The notes: a model not told the origin generated them from the sequence alone. Shown: positions 12,272 to 24,726, counted from the stretch's first letter. The stretch: DNA of 64,000 bases from Eledone cirrhosa (GCA_964016885.1 OZ024741.1:189596001-189660000), one strand, 5' to 3'. Program-made: numbers and translations.

Positions 12272-14926
12272 CAAATTACACCAGTTGAAACAACAACTCA
12301 CAGCTACAACAGAAAGACTAAAATATAAGTCAACAGCACATAAACGACAAGTGCTAAATAGATTGTTTGCCAGAGATCCTAAATCAGTTTATCGCAGCTT
12401 CGGTGGCAAAAGCTCAATCCCTGTAAACGACACCCCTTCAAAAGAACAGGTTGAGAGCTACTGGAGATCTGTATGGGAAACGGATGACAGATTCAACAGA
12501 CAAACTAATTGGCTAAAAGAACTGGAACAGGACTACTGCCAACATGTCCAGACAAAACAATATGACATAGATGGGTCAATACTGGAAACAGCTCTACAGA
12601 AAATGTTGAATAGGAAATCGCCAGGCCCAGACCTCATTACAGGATACTGGTTGAAGAATTTCACTTTCTATCGGCAAGATCTCATACGGCTGTTTACAGA
12701 AACCATTAAGGGCACACAAGAACTGCCCAGATGGTTATCAACTGCCACTACTCTCCTCATTCCCAAAAATAGCCAAACCACCCTTGCTAAAAATTACCGC
12801 CCAATTGCCTGCCAAAACATCATGTATAAATTATATACTGGGTGCCTTAACCTGTTCTTACAGGATTACTGTGCTACCAACAACATCATAACACCTGAGC
12901 AAGCTGGTGGAAAGAGGGAGGTGTGGGGTTGCATAGATCACCTACTAACTAACAAAATGATTCAGGAAAAAACAACAAAGAATCGCAGAAACATGACTGT
13001 CGTGTGGCTGGACTATCAAAAAGCATTTGATAGTGTACCTCATGGGTGGATTATTAAGGCTTTACAGTTAGCTAAAGTCCCACAACCATTGGTAGCTGCT
13101 GTTGAACACCTGACCAAGAACTGGTACACCAATTTGATCCTTAGAGGTGAGAAGGAGTAGGTTAAGACTGATAAGATACATTACCAGAAGGGCATCTTTC
13201 AGGGTGATAGCTTGTCAGTGCTACTCTTCGTTCTCTCACTGAATCCACTATCTTACCTACTCAGGAAACAAGGTGGACAAAGAAGTGGGCCCAGAAGTAT
13301 CTCCCATCTTTTCTTTGTTGATGACCTGAAGTTGTATGGGCCAAATATCAATGACATCAAGAAACAATTGGACCTCATTACACAATTTTCAACCGACATC
13401 AAAATGAAATTTGGTGAGTCCAAGTGTGCATATTTGGCAGTAAAACGTGGAAGAGCTGTGCCCTCCTCTAGAAATCTAGAGATGAACGGCCTGACAATAC
13501 AACCTCTGCAGTCAGGTGACAACTACAGATATCTTGGACAGGATGAGAATGTCAGATATGATGGACCCATAAATAAGGAGAGAACCAGAACTGAATACCT
13601 CAGAAGAGTAAAGAAAATATGGTCATCAGAACTGTCAGCATACAACAAATACATTGCCCACAATACTTATGCTGTGCCAATTCTAACGCCAACATTTGGC
13701 CTACTGAACTGGTCATTGCAAGAACTAAGTGAGATGGATGTTAGAACTCGAAAACTTCTCAGTGTTACTGGCAACTTTAACATCAATGGTGATGTGGATA
13801 GGCTATACTTCTCACGCAAGGAAGGTGGCCGGGGTCTAAAATCAATATTAACAACATATGAGACCCGGATAGTAACACTGAAGCAACACCTTCAACAGAG
13901 GAAAAAGGTTGGCAACCATCTTGCCCAGGTTTATGAGCATGAAAAAAGAAATATCATTAGAATAGCGACTGATCTGGAGGAGAGATATGGAATAAAGCCT
14001 GATATAAATCTCTCACCCAGAGAAATCGGAAGATCCTATTCAATGTTCAAACAAGATAAGAAAATTGACCAATTTACAGAAAAAGTTGTGCATGGATACT
14101 TGAGGCGTAAAACACAGACCATAGAGGGGATAAACCACTCAAAAAGCCTGGCATGGAGTTCCGACAAGTTTATGACATCACACCTTGAGGGATATCTTTA
14201 TGCAATACAGGAACAAGAACTCCCTACCAAATATCTGCTGCACAAAAGAGGAGGGCCAGCAGCTGACAATAAATGTAGGCTATGTAAAACAAAGATCGAG
14301 GATGTAAGCCACATTGTTGCCAGCTGCGAAATAATGTCATCTCGCTACTACCTCCCCATGAGACACGATGGGATAGCTAGAACCATCTGGAACGCACTTC
14401 GGAAAACAAAATTAACAACAAACGAGGAAGAATATATTGAGACAGATGGCACTAAGGAATACTGGTGGAACCTGAAAATAAAAACTGCCACCAAATTAAA
14501 GCACAACCGGCCTGATATTGTTGTTTGGTACCACACATTGAAAACGTGTTCTGTTGTGGAGATCAGCTGCCCACTTGATGTAAACGTTGTCAGAAAAATA
14601 CAGGAGAAGGAGGACATCTACGGACCATTGATGAGGAGTTTACAAATCCAGTATCCAAGATACACCTTTAGCTTCATACCCATCATTATTGGTGCTACGG
14701 GTTATATACCAACCCGCTTGGACCAAAGTATGACTGAACTTGGATTTGCGGACAAAAAGCGCAGCTCCCTAATTCATAGTCTGCAAATGGCTGCGATAGC
14801 TGGCACCTTCAAAATTTGCAAAACATTCTTGCGATTCAAGGGATGACAATTTCTTTTCTTTTACAACCTTGCCACCAGGAAGGTGGCCGGTCAAAAAAAT
14901 ATACTCGAAATTAAGAGAAAGAGAAA
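12272..14926 (+). mobile_element. 5'-truncated R4/Dong-type non-LTR retrotransposon (RT + CCHC + restriction-like endonuclease) with one in-frame stop
   Basis: ORFs 12198-13160 and 13212-14846 share a frame, split by TAG at 13158-13160. RT motifs KSPGPD, YRPIAC, LDYQKAFDSVPH, QGDSLS, FVDD. Knuckle CRLC..H....C, then RHD and NRPD..VVEISCP. Flanked by (ACAT)n on both sides. Confidence 0.95.
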
Positions 14927-15026
14927 ACATACATACATACATACATGCATATATGCATGCATGCATGCTTGCATGACAGCTGCTCCCTCATTATCAAGTA
15001 TGGCCATTGCACAATATACCATTATT

Positions 15027-15208
15027 AATAATTGTTTCTACTTTAGGCACAAGGCCAGCAATTCACCAGTACATTACTGGTACTTTATTTTATCGACCCC
15101 GTAAGGATGAAAGGCAAAGTTAACCTTGGTGGGATTTGAATTCAGAATGGCAAGGGCCGTAACTCTATGCGTCAAAGCATGGCGTCCGACCCTCTACCGA
15201 TACTGCCA
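15027..15208 (-). mobile_element. SINE family A
   Basis: Reverse complement of the 2527-2715 family. Confidence 0.9.
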
Positions 15209-15523
15209 TAATTCTATCGTGCAATGCCTGTGCGTGAAGATTTTTTTTAAAGTGAGGAAAGACTGTGCACTGAGCCAATCCCACTCTCTGAGCGACACTA
15301 GCTATAACCCGAAAAGAAGAAAATATCAACATCATCGGTAACTACTGAGCCACAGGTTGTATGTCAGAGGTACCCCAGTTTCCTGAATTGCCTTCTCCTA
15401 GAAGAATGTCCTTACAAAGGCTAGGGGTCCTTCACTCCCAGTGGTTTAACCGCATAATCGGGTATCCAGCCCAATTATTTCTATGTCCCCGCACATATAC
15501 ATACACATGCATACATATATATA

Positions 15524-15555
<32 letters not shown>

Positions 15556-15907
15556 ACGTTTAACGTCCGTGTTCCACGCTTGCATGGGTTTGGACGGGGG
15601 TAGTCCCACTTGAGGCAAGAGTGATTGTCTTGCTCGCATAGGACTGTCTGGCAGGTTTTCTACAGTTGGATGCCCTTCCTAACACCAACCACATTTACAG
15701 TGTGGGTCTGGGAGGTTTTTACCGTGTTGCCTACACGGCCACATTACAGCGTGGACTGTGTGTTTTTTTGTCGTGACACCTACACGATCTCATTTGTTTC
15801 GGCCTGGATGGCGCGGCACCAACATAACTTTACATAGAACGGGTGGTGTGGATGGGGTGGGGGTGGTGGCGGGACGGGGTGTATTTTGTTAGAGATGCCT
15901 ACTGGCA
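15524..15907 (-). mobile_element. RTE LINE 3'UTR-only copy with (GAT)n tail
   Basis: Near-identical reverse complement of about 27908-28282. Confidence 0.92.
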
Positions 15908-16130
15908 TATATATATATATACATATATACACATGCATACATGTATATACATATATATATACATGTACGTCAATACTCATCTTTTTCCATTTCTCCGAAG
16001 GTTCTTAACCCCACTATCAGGCTAAATAATTTCTTTAATTTCTTAGTCAAAATACGGCGATAGCTTACATATATAATAATTTCAAACTCGCTCGCTGATT
16101 CGAAAATATTATTACTATATATATATATAA

Positions 16131-16320
16131 AGGCGGTGGATTGGCAGTATCGGTAGAGGGTCGGACGCCATGCTTTGAAGCATAGAGTTACGTCCCTTTA
16201 CGATCTGAGTTCAAATCCCGCCGAGGTTGACTTTGCCTTTCATCCTTACAGGGTCGATGAAATAAAGTACCAGTAACGCACTGGGTAATTGCTGGCCTTG
16301 TGCCTAAAGTAGAAACAATT
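16131..16320 (+). mobile_element. SINE family A, full copy
   Basis: A/B boxes; attattactatatat.. on both sides (TSD-like). Confidence 0.9.
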
Positions 16321-16392
16321 ATTACTATATATATATATATATAAAATTAAGTTAAATAAAAGTCAAATGATTAAAATTTAGCTTCGTTTATT

Positions 16393-16447
16393 ACTGCTAT
16401 ATATATTTCAGTGACAGCCATCTTTGGCTGTGACCTCTTCAGGCAGT
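16393..16447 (-). ncRNA. Type I hammerhead ribozyme motif (mirror copy of 16667-16721)
   Basis: Reverse complement of 16667-16721. This copy reads ggtcacagcc..ggctgtcact in stem II as well. Confidence 0.8.
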
Positions 16448-16666
16448 TTGAATTAGTATGGTATAGACAAGTACATATGTTGTTTAGGTGTATGATATTG
16501 TCAATACTCTGATATGCCCAGTTCCTTGTTGGGTTGTTAATTCACTGGGGAACTGGAGTCATATGACAGTGAATTAATAACCCAACAAGGAACTGGGCAT
16601 ATCAGAGTATTGACAATATCATACACCTAAACAACATATGTACTTGTCTATACCATACTAATTCAA

Positions 16667-16721
16667 ACTGCCTGAAGAGGTCACAGCCAAAGATGGCTGT
16701 CACTGAAATATATATAGCAGT
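16667..16721 (+). ncRNA. Type I hammerhead ribozyme motif
   Basis: actgc-CTGAAGA-[ggtcacagcc aaagat ggctgtcact]-GAAA-tatata-TA-gcagt. Stem I actgc/gcagt, palindromic stem III, then AATAAA. Confidence 0.8.
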
Positions 16722-16867
16722 AATAAATGAAGCTAAATTTTAATCATTTGACTTTTATTTAACTTAATTTTACACTACTCCGGAGTAACCAAACCAACCT
16801 GCGCACTTCGTCGAGTGCTCCAGCCTGCATACTGAGGTGTTGGTATACAACCAACATAAACTCAAAA

Positions 16868-16906
<39 letters not shown>

Positions 16907-17070
16907 GCATACATGTATATACATATTTACACATTTTTGGATGGTCGTTGACTAAACCGGCAACCCCACCAAGTTTACTTGGTGAGGAGGAGGATTTTGG
17001 ACACCCTGCAGGACAAAAAACAAAACATAAATACATACATATATACATAGTATGTATACTATGTATGTAT

Positions 17071-17274
17071 GGACCAAAATATAACTGAACTTGGATTTGT
17101 GGGCAAAGAGCGCAGCTCCCTAATTCATAGTCTACAAATGGCTGTGATAACTGGCACCTTCAAAATTTGCAAAATATTCTTGCGATTCAAGGGATGACAA
17201 TTTCTTTTCTTTTACAGCTTTGCCACCAGGAATGTGGCCGGTCAAAAATGTACTTGAAATTAAGAGAAAGAGAA
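17071..17274 (+). mobile_element. R4/Dong-type element, 3' end fragment
   Basis: Matches about 14720-14926; followed by ACATACATAC. Confidence 0.9.
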
Positions 17275-17289
17275 ACATACATACGTGTT

Positions 17290-17590
17290 GTTACTGGGCC
17301 TCTATCGTTTCTGACAATGAATTTTCCAGTTGCTTCAATCAACAGAACTGCCTGCTGGTAAAATGAATGTGTAAATGGCTGAGCATTCCACATTTCTTTG
17401 GGAGATTCAGCAAGGACATTATGTGACAAAGCTTAGATTACAGTTACAATTCATATTTACCAGTTGAGTTGAGCAATGTGAAATAAAGCATCTTGCCCAA
17501 AGACAAAATACACTACCCAGTGCAGGAATTGAACTCACAACCTTACGATTGTGAGCTTAACACCCTAACCACTAGGCCATATGCCTTCAC
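17290..17590 (-). mobile_element. tRNA-derived SINE family B (CORE-like middle)
   Basis: Minus strand tggcctagtggttagggtg..gtgagttcaattcctg..ttgggcaagatgctttatttcac. Related copies at 18010-18285 (-), 22416-22732 (+), 24204-24400 (+). Confidence 0.75.
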
Positions 17591-18009
17591 AATGTACATG
17601 CTGGAAGGTGGAGTTAATGAAATAACTTACGGCATTGTTGTCAGTTCAAATTTTACACATGTTTTTATATATACATGATGTCTTCAACTCAATTTCGAGT
17701 GATACTATTGCTTGATACTTAAGCATGAGCATCATGGACGTGGCTTTTTATTCCTGCTAGGGACTTGCCTATGGCCAGCAATGCCATGCATCACAAAAGT
17801 ATCATATAGTGATGTCTGTGATTGAAGCTTTTTTAAGTGTGGAAAGGTTTTACATGGCGCCAGTCCTACTCTCTGAACATCGAATGCATTTACCCAAAAA
17901 GAAGAACTGGTCTACATCTTTGGATTCAAATGAAGTCACAGATTTTATATCAGAGTGACCTTCTCCTGGAGAGATGTCTTAGTGAAGATTAGGCACCCTG
18001 TTCATTACG

Positions 18010-18285
18010 ACAAGTGTTCCAGTTGATCCAATCAATGGAACAGCCTGCTCCTGAAATTAATGTGCAAGTGACTGAACATTCCATAGACACACGTACCCCC
18101 AGGGAGATTCACTATGACACAGTGTGTGACAAGGCTGGTTCTTTGCACTACAGGTAAAACTCATTTTTGCCAGCTGGAGGAAACATAAAATAAAGTGTCT
18201 TGCTCAAGGACACAACGCATCCCCGGGAATTGAACTCACAACCTTATGATTGTGAGCTGAATACCCTAACCACAAAGCCACATGT
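18010..18285 (-). mobile_element. SINE family B
   Basis: A/B boxes plus tgtccttgagcaagacactttat motif. Confidence 0.8.
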
Positions 18286-18289
18286 TTTC

Positions 18290-18715
18290 ATATACATACA
18301 TGATGGCCGCAAACTCATGTTCAAGTATTGCCATCACCTGATAAAATGCTCAAAACAGTGAGGCATGAATGTGGTTCTTCAAACCAGCTAAAGTCTTGCA
18401 TCCTCTGGCACATACATGGCAACTGTAGACTCCTCTGGGACTTTCCATTGCTTGGTTCTGACTGTGTATTCTCATGTGCCTTTTAAGACCTCCCATGCTT
18501 GCATATTTCTTGCCACATTCCCTACACCTTTTCAGATCATGCTGTTCATAATCTAGATGAGGTGTACTGATATGACTTTGTTCATGTCTTATTAGACCAG
18601 CTTTGCTCAAGCAGACTTAACCACAGTGCTGGCAAACCAGATATTGCCCAACAGCAAGCAGTCCAGAACAGTCCATGTCCCTCACCTTCCTTTTCAGTAT
18701 TTGGTGTTCTCTTTA
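18290..18715 (-). mobile_element. LINE (probably RTE clade) 3' end encoding three C-terminal C2H2 zinc fingers, with an (ATGT)n-like tail
   Basis: CQHCG*VCLSKAGLIRHEQSH, CRECGKKYASMGGLKRHMRIH, CHVCARGCKTLAGLKNHIH, then a short UTR ending ccatcatgtatgtata. Partial copy at about 20320-20460. Confidence 0.6.
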
Positions 18716-18748
18716 AAATACAAACATGCATACATACATACATGCATA

Positions 18749-19430
18749 CACAAAAGAGGAGGGCCATCAGTCAACAATAAATCTAGGCTATGTAAAACAA
18801 AGATCGAAGATGTTAGCCACATTGCTGTCAACTGCGAAAGAATGTCATCTCGTTACTACCTCCCTATGAGACACAATATGATAGCTAGAACTATCTGGAA
18901 CACATTTAGGAAAACAAAATTAAAAACAAATGAGGAGGAATATGTTGCGATAGATGACACTAAGTGTCATGTTGGTGGAACCTGAAAATAAAAACTGCCA
19001 CCAAATTAAAGCACAACCAGCCTGATATTGTTGTTTGGGACCACACATTGAAAATGTTTTCTGTTGTAGAGATCAGCTGTCCACTTGATGTCAACATTGT
19101 AAGAAAAATACAGGAGAAGGACATCTACGGACCATTGATGAGGAGTTTGCAAATCCAGTATCCAAGATACACCTTCATCTTCATACCCATCATTATTGGA
19201 GCTACGGGTTATATACCAACCCACTTGGACCAAAGTATGACTGAACTTGGATTTGTGGTCAAAGAGCGCAGCTCCATAATTCATAGACTACAAATGGCTG
19301 TGATAGCTGACACCTTCAAAATTTGCAAAACATTCTTGCGATTCAAGAGATAACAATTTCTTTTCTTTTACAGCCTTGGCACCAGGAATGTGGCCAGTCA
19401 AAAATGTACTTGAAAATTAAGAGAAAGGGA
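18749..19430 (+). mobile_element. R4/Dong-type element, 3' fragment (knuckle + RLE), frameshifted
   Basis: Matches about 14241-14926; ACAT repeats on both sides (18725-18748 and 19431-19484). Confidence 0.93.
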
Positions 19431-20159
19431 ACATATACATACATACATACATACATACATACATACATACATACATACATACATAGATGGTGGCTGCCAA
19501 CTCGTTTTCGAGTACAGCCACTACTTTATATCCATGTAGGAGAACCCCTACCGATGCGCTGAACGAGTGTGACTTTTTAGTCCAGCCAGCGACTTGAAAA
19601 CTCTGGTACAAACACTACACTTGTGACAATTACTGACACATAGTGCTGGGCCCATGGTACCATGTGACGACAAGTGCAGAGAGATCTCCAGATATAAAGC
19701 AATGCCTGTGCCGTGAAGCTTTTATAGTGAGCAAAGGCACTGCACAAAGCCAGTCCCACTCTCTTAACCAAGATGATATTTACCAAAAAGAAGAACAAGT
19801 CAACATCATTGGATACCATCAGGGTTGCAGGTGTTATATCAGAGTTTTCCTTCTCCTAGAATTCTGCCTTGACAAAGGCTAAGGGGTCATCTCTCCCAGT
19901 GATTTTGGATGGCCATTGACTCTTAAGAGCTTTTTTGCCCTTTGACAGGTTTTGTTTTTAGTCCTGCAGGATGTCCAAAGTCACCCTCCTCACCAAGAAA
20001 CCTTGGTGGGGTTGCCAGTTTAGTCGCCAACGACCCGACCATGAGACAGGTTGTACTGGGATACATGTTTCCAGTAGCATCATACATACATACATACATA
20101 CATACATACATACATACATACATACATACATACATACATACATACATACAGAATATATC

Positions 20160-20310
20160 CTGTAATGGTATTTGTTATAAATAATATGAAACCAGAGAAT
20201 ATTACACCCGATTAAGAAAAAAATGGTCATCGGAACTCTCTGCACACAATAAAAAAGTGGCTCACAGTATATTTGCTGTGCCTGTCCTAATACCAACGTT
20301 TGGAATACTC
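20160..20310 (+). mobile_element. Diverged R4-type ORF fragment after an (ACAT)n array
   Basis: EYYTRLRK.WSSELSAHNK..AHSIFAVPVLIPTFG aligns with EYLRRVKKIWSSELSAYNKYIAHNTYAVPILTPTFG. Confidence 0.75.
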
Positions 20311-20904
20311 TCTATGACTTTGGTCATCTCTTATCAGACCAGCTTTGCTCAGGCAGACTCAACTACAGTGGAGACAAACAAGATGTTGCCCAACAGCAAG
20401 CAGTTCAGAATAGTCCATGTCCCTCACCTTCCTTTTTCAGTATTTGGTGTTCTCTTTAACATACATACATACATACATATGCCTTCACAATGTACATGCC
20501 GGAAGGTGGAGTTAATGAAATAACTTATGGCGCTGTTGTCAATTCAAACTTCACACGTTTTTAATGACTGTTTAAATACCAGTGTATTATGTTTCATATA
20601 TCATACAATTGTTGTAATATAGGGATGTATTTTCAGTGATAGTATTTCTTTGAATATTTTATAAATTCTCTATTTACCTCTTCCTCATGGCAAACCAATT
20701 TATTCCCTTTCTCAACTATTTCTACTCACTAATTACCAATAGCGACCTTCATTAGTTTTCTCAGATCTTACAGTTACTATCACAATCTGATTAGTAGCTA
20801 TATACCTTGAGGCTGATGATATCGCTACGCCACATGGTAGTGGATGTCTTTGTGGTGTATGTTAAGTTTAATGAGCAATGGTTAGATGATGGGGGGGGTC
20901 ATTG

Positions 20905-21024
20905 TAATGATGGTGGTGATGATGGTGGTGGTGGTGGTGGTGGTGGTGGTGGTATTGATGACGACGATGATGGTGGTGATGATGGTGGTGGTGGTGGTGG
21001 TGGTGGTGGTGGTGGTCATGATGA

Positions 21025-21058
<34 letters not shown>

Positions 21059-21081
21059 GGTGGTGGTGATGGTGGTCATGA

Positions 21082-21115
<34 letters not shown>

Positions 21116-21732
21116 GGTGGTGGTGGTGATGGTGGTGATGATGGTGGTATTGATGATGACGATGATGGTGGTGATGATGGTGGTGGTGTTGGTCATGATG
21201 ATGGTGGTGGTGGTGGTGGTGGTGGTGGTAGTGGCCTTGGTGGTGGTGGTGGTGGTGGTGGTGGTGGTTGTAGTGGTGGTGGTGGTGGCCTTGGTGGTGG
21301 TGGTGGTGGTGGTGGTGGTGGTGGTGGTTGTAGTGGTGGTGGTGGTGGTGGTGGTGGTGGTTGTAGTGGTGATGGTGATGGTGGTGGTTGTGGTGATGAT
21401 GGTGATGACAATGATGATGATGACGATGATGGTGATGATGGTGGTGATGATGGTGATGATGATGATGGTGATGATGATGATGGTGGTGGTGGTGGTGGTG
21501 GTGGTGGTGGTGATGATGATGGTGGTGATGATGGTGGTGATGATGATAATAAGGAGGAGGAGAATGATGAAGTAGATGGAAATAATAGTGGTTATGGTGG
21601 TTGTTGTTGATGGTGGTGGTGGTGGCAGTGGAAGCAGTGGTGGTAGTGGCAGTGTCACTGGCGGTAGTGGTGGCAGCAGTAGTGGTGGCAGCCATGGTAA
21701 TGGCGGCAGTGGTGGTAATGATGGTAATGGTG
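20905..21732. repeat. Compound (GGT)n/(GAT)n trinucleotide array
   Basis: Direct reading. Confidence 0.95.
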
Positions 21733-21956
21733 TATTGGTGAATGTGTATATTTGTATCTAGGAAGATATATGTGTGTGTATGCTTAAGGACACAAATATG
21801 TGTGTATGTGTGCATGAGTGTATGTACAAGTGCATGTATGTATATACATATACAGACATATGTATTTTATATATACACACACATATACAAGATGGTAATT
21901 TACACACACACACTTACACACATACACAGACGTACACACATACACTCACACACACA

Positions 21957-22025
<69 letters not shown>

Positions 22026-22415
22026 AGACAGACAGACAAACAAATAAACAAACACATGCACAAATACACACACGAACAAACACACAGACGATCAAACACA
22101 CATGCAAACAAACACCCATGCAAACAAACATACACACAAACAGATGTACACACACACAAATAAATACACACAAACACACAAACATATAGAGACATAAATA
22201 CACACATACACAAAATAAAATTGGACATTTCCTTACTTTGGTATTAAGTCACAAATCATTGTTGTGAAACCCCAGGTCAGCAATGATCCAACAGATCAAA
22301 GGCATTCCTGCCATGAACATCCAGTCTTTTTTCTTTTCAGGAATAGTCTACCCCAGACAATATTATCTAACTATCCTGAATATTTCATCCTGTCACATTC
22401 ATGGTGTCATGAAGT

Positions 22416-22732
22416 TACATAGCTTACTAGTTAGAATGTTTTCCTCATGATGCTAACATCAGGGGTTCAATTCCTGGCAATGTGTTGTGACCTTGAGCAA
22501 GACACTTTATTACACATTGTTCCAGTCATCACAGCTGGCAAAAATGAGTTGTTTCCTTGATTCAAATGCCAGCCTTGTTACTCTTCATGTCATGCTGAAT
22601 CTCTCTGAGAACTAAGAACTATGCTAAGGGTGCATATATCTGCTAAATGCCCAGGCACTTGTACGTTAATTTCCTGTGCAGGCTGCTCAGTTGTTCAAAT
22701 AACTGAAACACTCGTCATGGCAACTGACGGAG
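22416..22732 (+). mobile_element. SINE family B, degraded
   Basis: ggggttcaattcctgg..ccttgagcaagacactttat. Confidence 0.7.
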
Positions 22733-23016
22733 ATCCAACAAACAATTCATGGTGTACCGGGGAAGCAAATGTAAATTCAAATATTTGCAGTATAATTTGG
22801 TTGATGGCCAAATCTTTCCTCACATCTGCTAGTGCTAATACCGCCTTATAACATCCTTTTAACTCTTTCATTACTATATTGATTTTTAAATAACCAAATT
22901 TAGAGGAATTTATTAAAATAACTAAGTTTTTCATTAGTAATTTAGAACATTAATTAACAAAAATTTCTAAGGTAAGATTACAATGGGAGATTTTAATATA
23001 AGAATAAGCATTTTAA

Positions 23017-23182
23017 CGCTTTAGCATTTAAATCGGTCATATCTGCTAGAATTCTCTCACCTCTTTCTGTTCAAACCAGCCATAACTGGCCCCTCATACT
23101 GATGTTAAGGTATTGTTCTCAAAATAAATAATATCAAAATCTCATAGGTTCAATATTATAGAGTAATGTAAATGCTGAAAGG
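23017..23182. mobile_element. piggyBac-like MITE with TTAA TSD
   Basis: ttaa|cgctttagcattta ... taaatgctgaaagg|ttaa. Confidence 0.8.
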
Positions 23183-23442
23183 TTAAAATTAATAGTTTTA
23201 TATCATAAATCCAGGGTGGTTTCAGGTGGTTTGGTATGAAAAAGGCTAAGGACCACTCATTGGTGCCACTAATTTGTTAACACCAGTTGTAGCACAAAGA
23301 AGTAACAACCTATATTATCACTTTTTAATTAATCAGTTAGTGTATCATTTGATTCATCTACTCTAGGTAAACTAGCATCAACAGCTGAGCTTACATCATC
23401 ACTTTTCTAAGCAATCACCAACTCAGACCAATACTATATTAA

Positions 23443-23869
23443 CCCTTTAGCATTTAAACCGGCCATATCCTGCTAGAATTCTTTCACCTCTTTCTATTCA
23501 AACTGGCCATAATCAGCTGCTCATACTAATGTTAAGGTATTGTTCCCAAAATAAATAACATAAAAATTTCGAAGCTTCGATATTATATGAGATAATTATG
23601 TGAGATAAAACCTTTACTGTGAAAATACAATAGTATATATATAGAGTAATTGTTTCTACTTTAGGCACAAGGCCAGCAATTATCCAGTGCATTACTGGTA
23701 CTTTATTTTATCGACCCCGTAAGGATGAAAGGCAAAGTCAACCTCGGCGGGATTTGAACTCAGATCATAAAGGGACGTAACTATGCTTGAAAGCATGGCG
23801 TCCGACCCTCTACCGATACTGCCAATCCACCGCCCTTGTATATATATAGAGTAATGTAAATGTTAAGGG
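23443..23869. mobile_element. piggyBac-like MITE with TTAA TSD, containing a nested SINE A (23648-23836, -)
   Basis: ttaa|ccctttagcattta ... taaatgttaaggg|ttaa. The SINE is flanked by a duplicated gtatatatata(ta)gagtaat. Confidence 0.85.
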
Positions 23870-24203
23870 TTAATGGTTTTTAATGTAGGCAGTAGGCCAG
23901 GGAATTTAAGGGAAAGGAAATATCAATTAAATTGACTCAAGTACTTGACTGATACTTTATTTTGTTGACTCCTAAAGGATGGAAGGCTAAGTTGACCATG
24001 GTGAGATTTGAACTCAGAACATAACGAGCCAGCTGGAATAAATAGCATAAAGTATTTGTCTGATGCTCTAACATAGAGGAGCTTACCATCTAGCATTGTT
24101 TGCTCTGATTATCTTTGATGCAGTCAGTACAAAGAAGCAGGATAAGTCAACATACCCTGAAGTGGCTGTTTTACTAGTTATACTTTGTTTACTTACTGTG
24201 AAA

Positions 24204-24400
24204 GTGCATGGCTTAGTGGCTAGAGCATTGGGCTTGCAATTGAAAGGTTGTGAGTTTAATTCTTGGACCAGGTGATGCGTTGTCCTTGAGCAAGACACTT
24301 TATTTCACATTGCTCCAGTTTACTCAGCTGTAGAAATGAGCTGCGATGTCACTGGTGCCAAGCTGTATCAGCCGTAGCTTTTCCCTTGGACATCATCGGT
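24204..24400 (+). mobile_element. SINE family B
   Basis: tggcttagtggctagagc (A box), gtgagtttaattctt (B box), tgtccttgagcaagacactttatttcac. Confidence 0.8.
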
Positions 24401-24726
24401 TTAAATGCTAATGGGTTAAAGTCACTGTCCTCATAGAAGGATTGAGAAAACATGTCCTGCTCATAATTCATTTTGGACATGATTTCTTACATCGGATTCC
24501 TACACAAAGTGTAGTGGATGATTTTATTATGGCACTAGCATTAGAGAGGTTGTCATGTCTTTGGTGTGACTCGGAAGTCCTCTCAACCCTATATCATTAC
24601 CGTTGGATCGCACATATATATTTATACATACATCATTGGCAGGTTTATAGAATGTTGTGATTATCTCTATAACAATCACGTTCACCCTTTCTGAACAGAA
24701 TTGTTAACATTCACTCTTTTATTGTA

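Larger units (their letters stand above)
16342..16772. repeat. Near-perfect inverted repeat (206-bp arms, 19-bp spacer), Penelope pseudo-LTR-like
   Basis: 16342-16547 is the reverse complement of 16567-16772 with about 2 mismatches. Confidence 0.95.

Noticed and set aside
13158-13160. Programmed readthrough between two R4 ORFs
   Set aside because: R4-clade elements have a single ORF and the stop falls within the RT domain, so it is most simply a nonsense mutation
18350-18610. Host C2H2 zinc-finger gene
   Set aside because: In-frame stop in the first finger, no TGEKP linkers, retroposon-like tail and a second partial copy nearby
20807-21815. Gly/Asp-, His-, Thr- or Val-rich proteins
   Set aside because: ORFs in nearly all frames arise from stop-free (GGT)/(GAT) repeats
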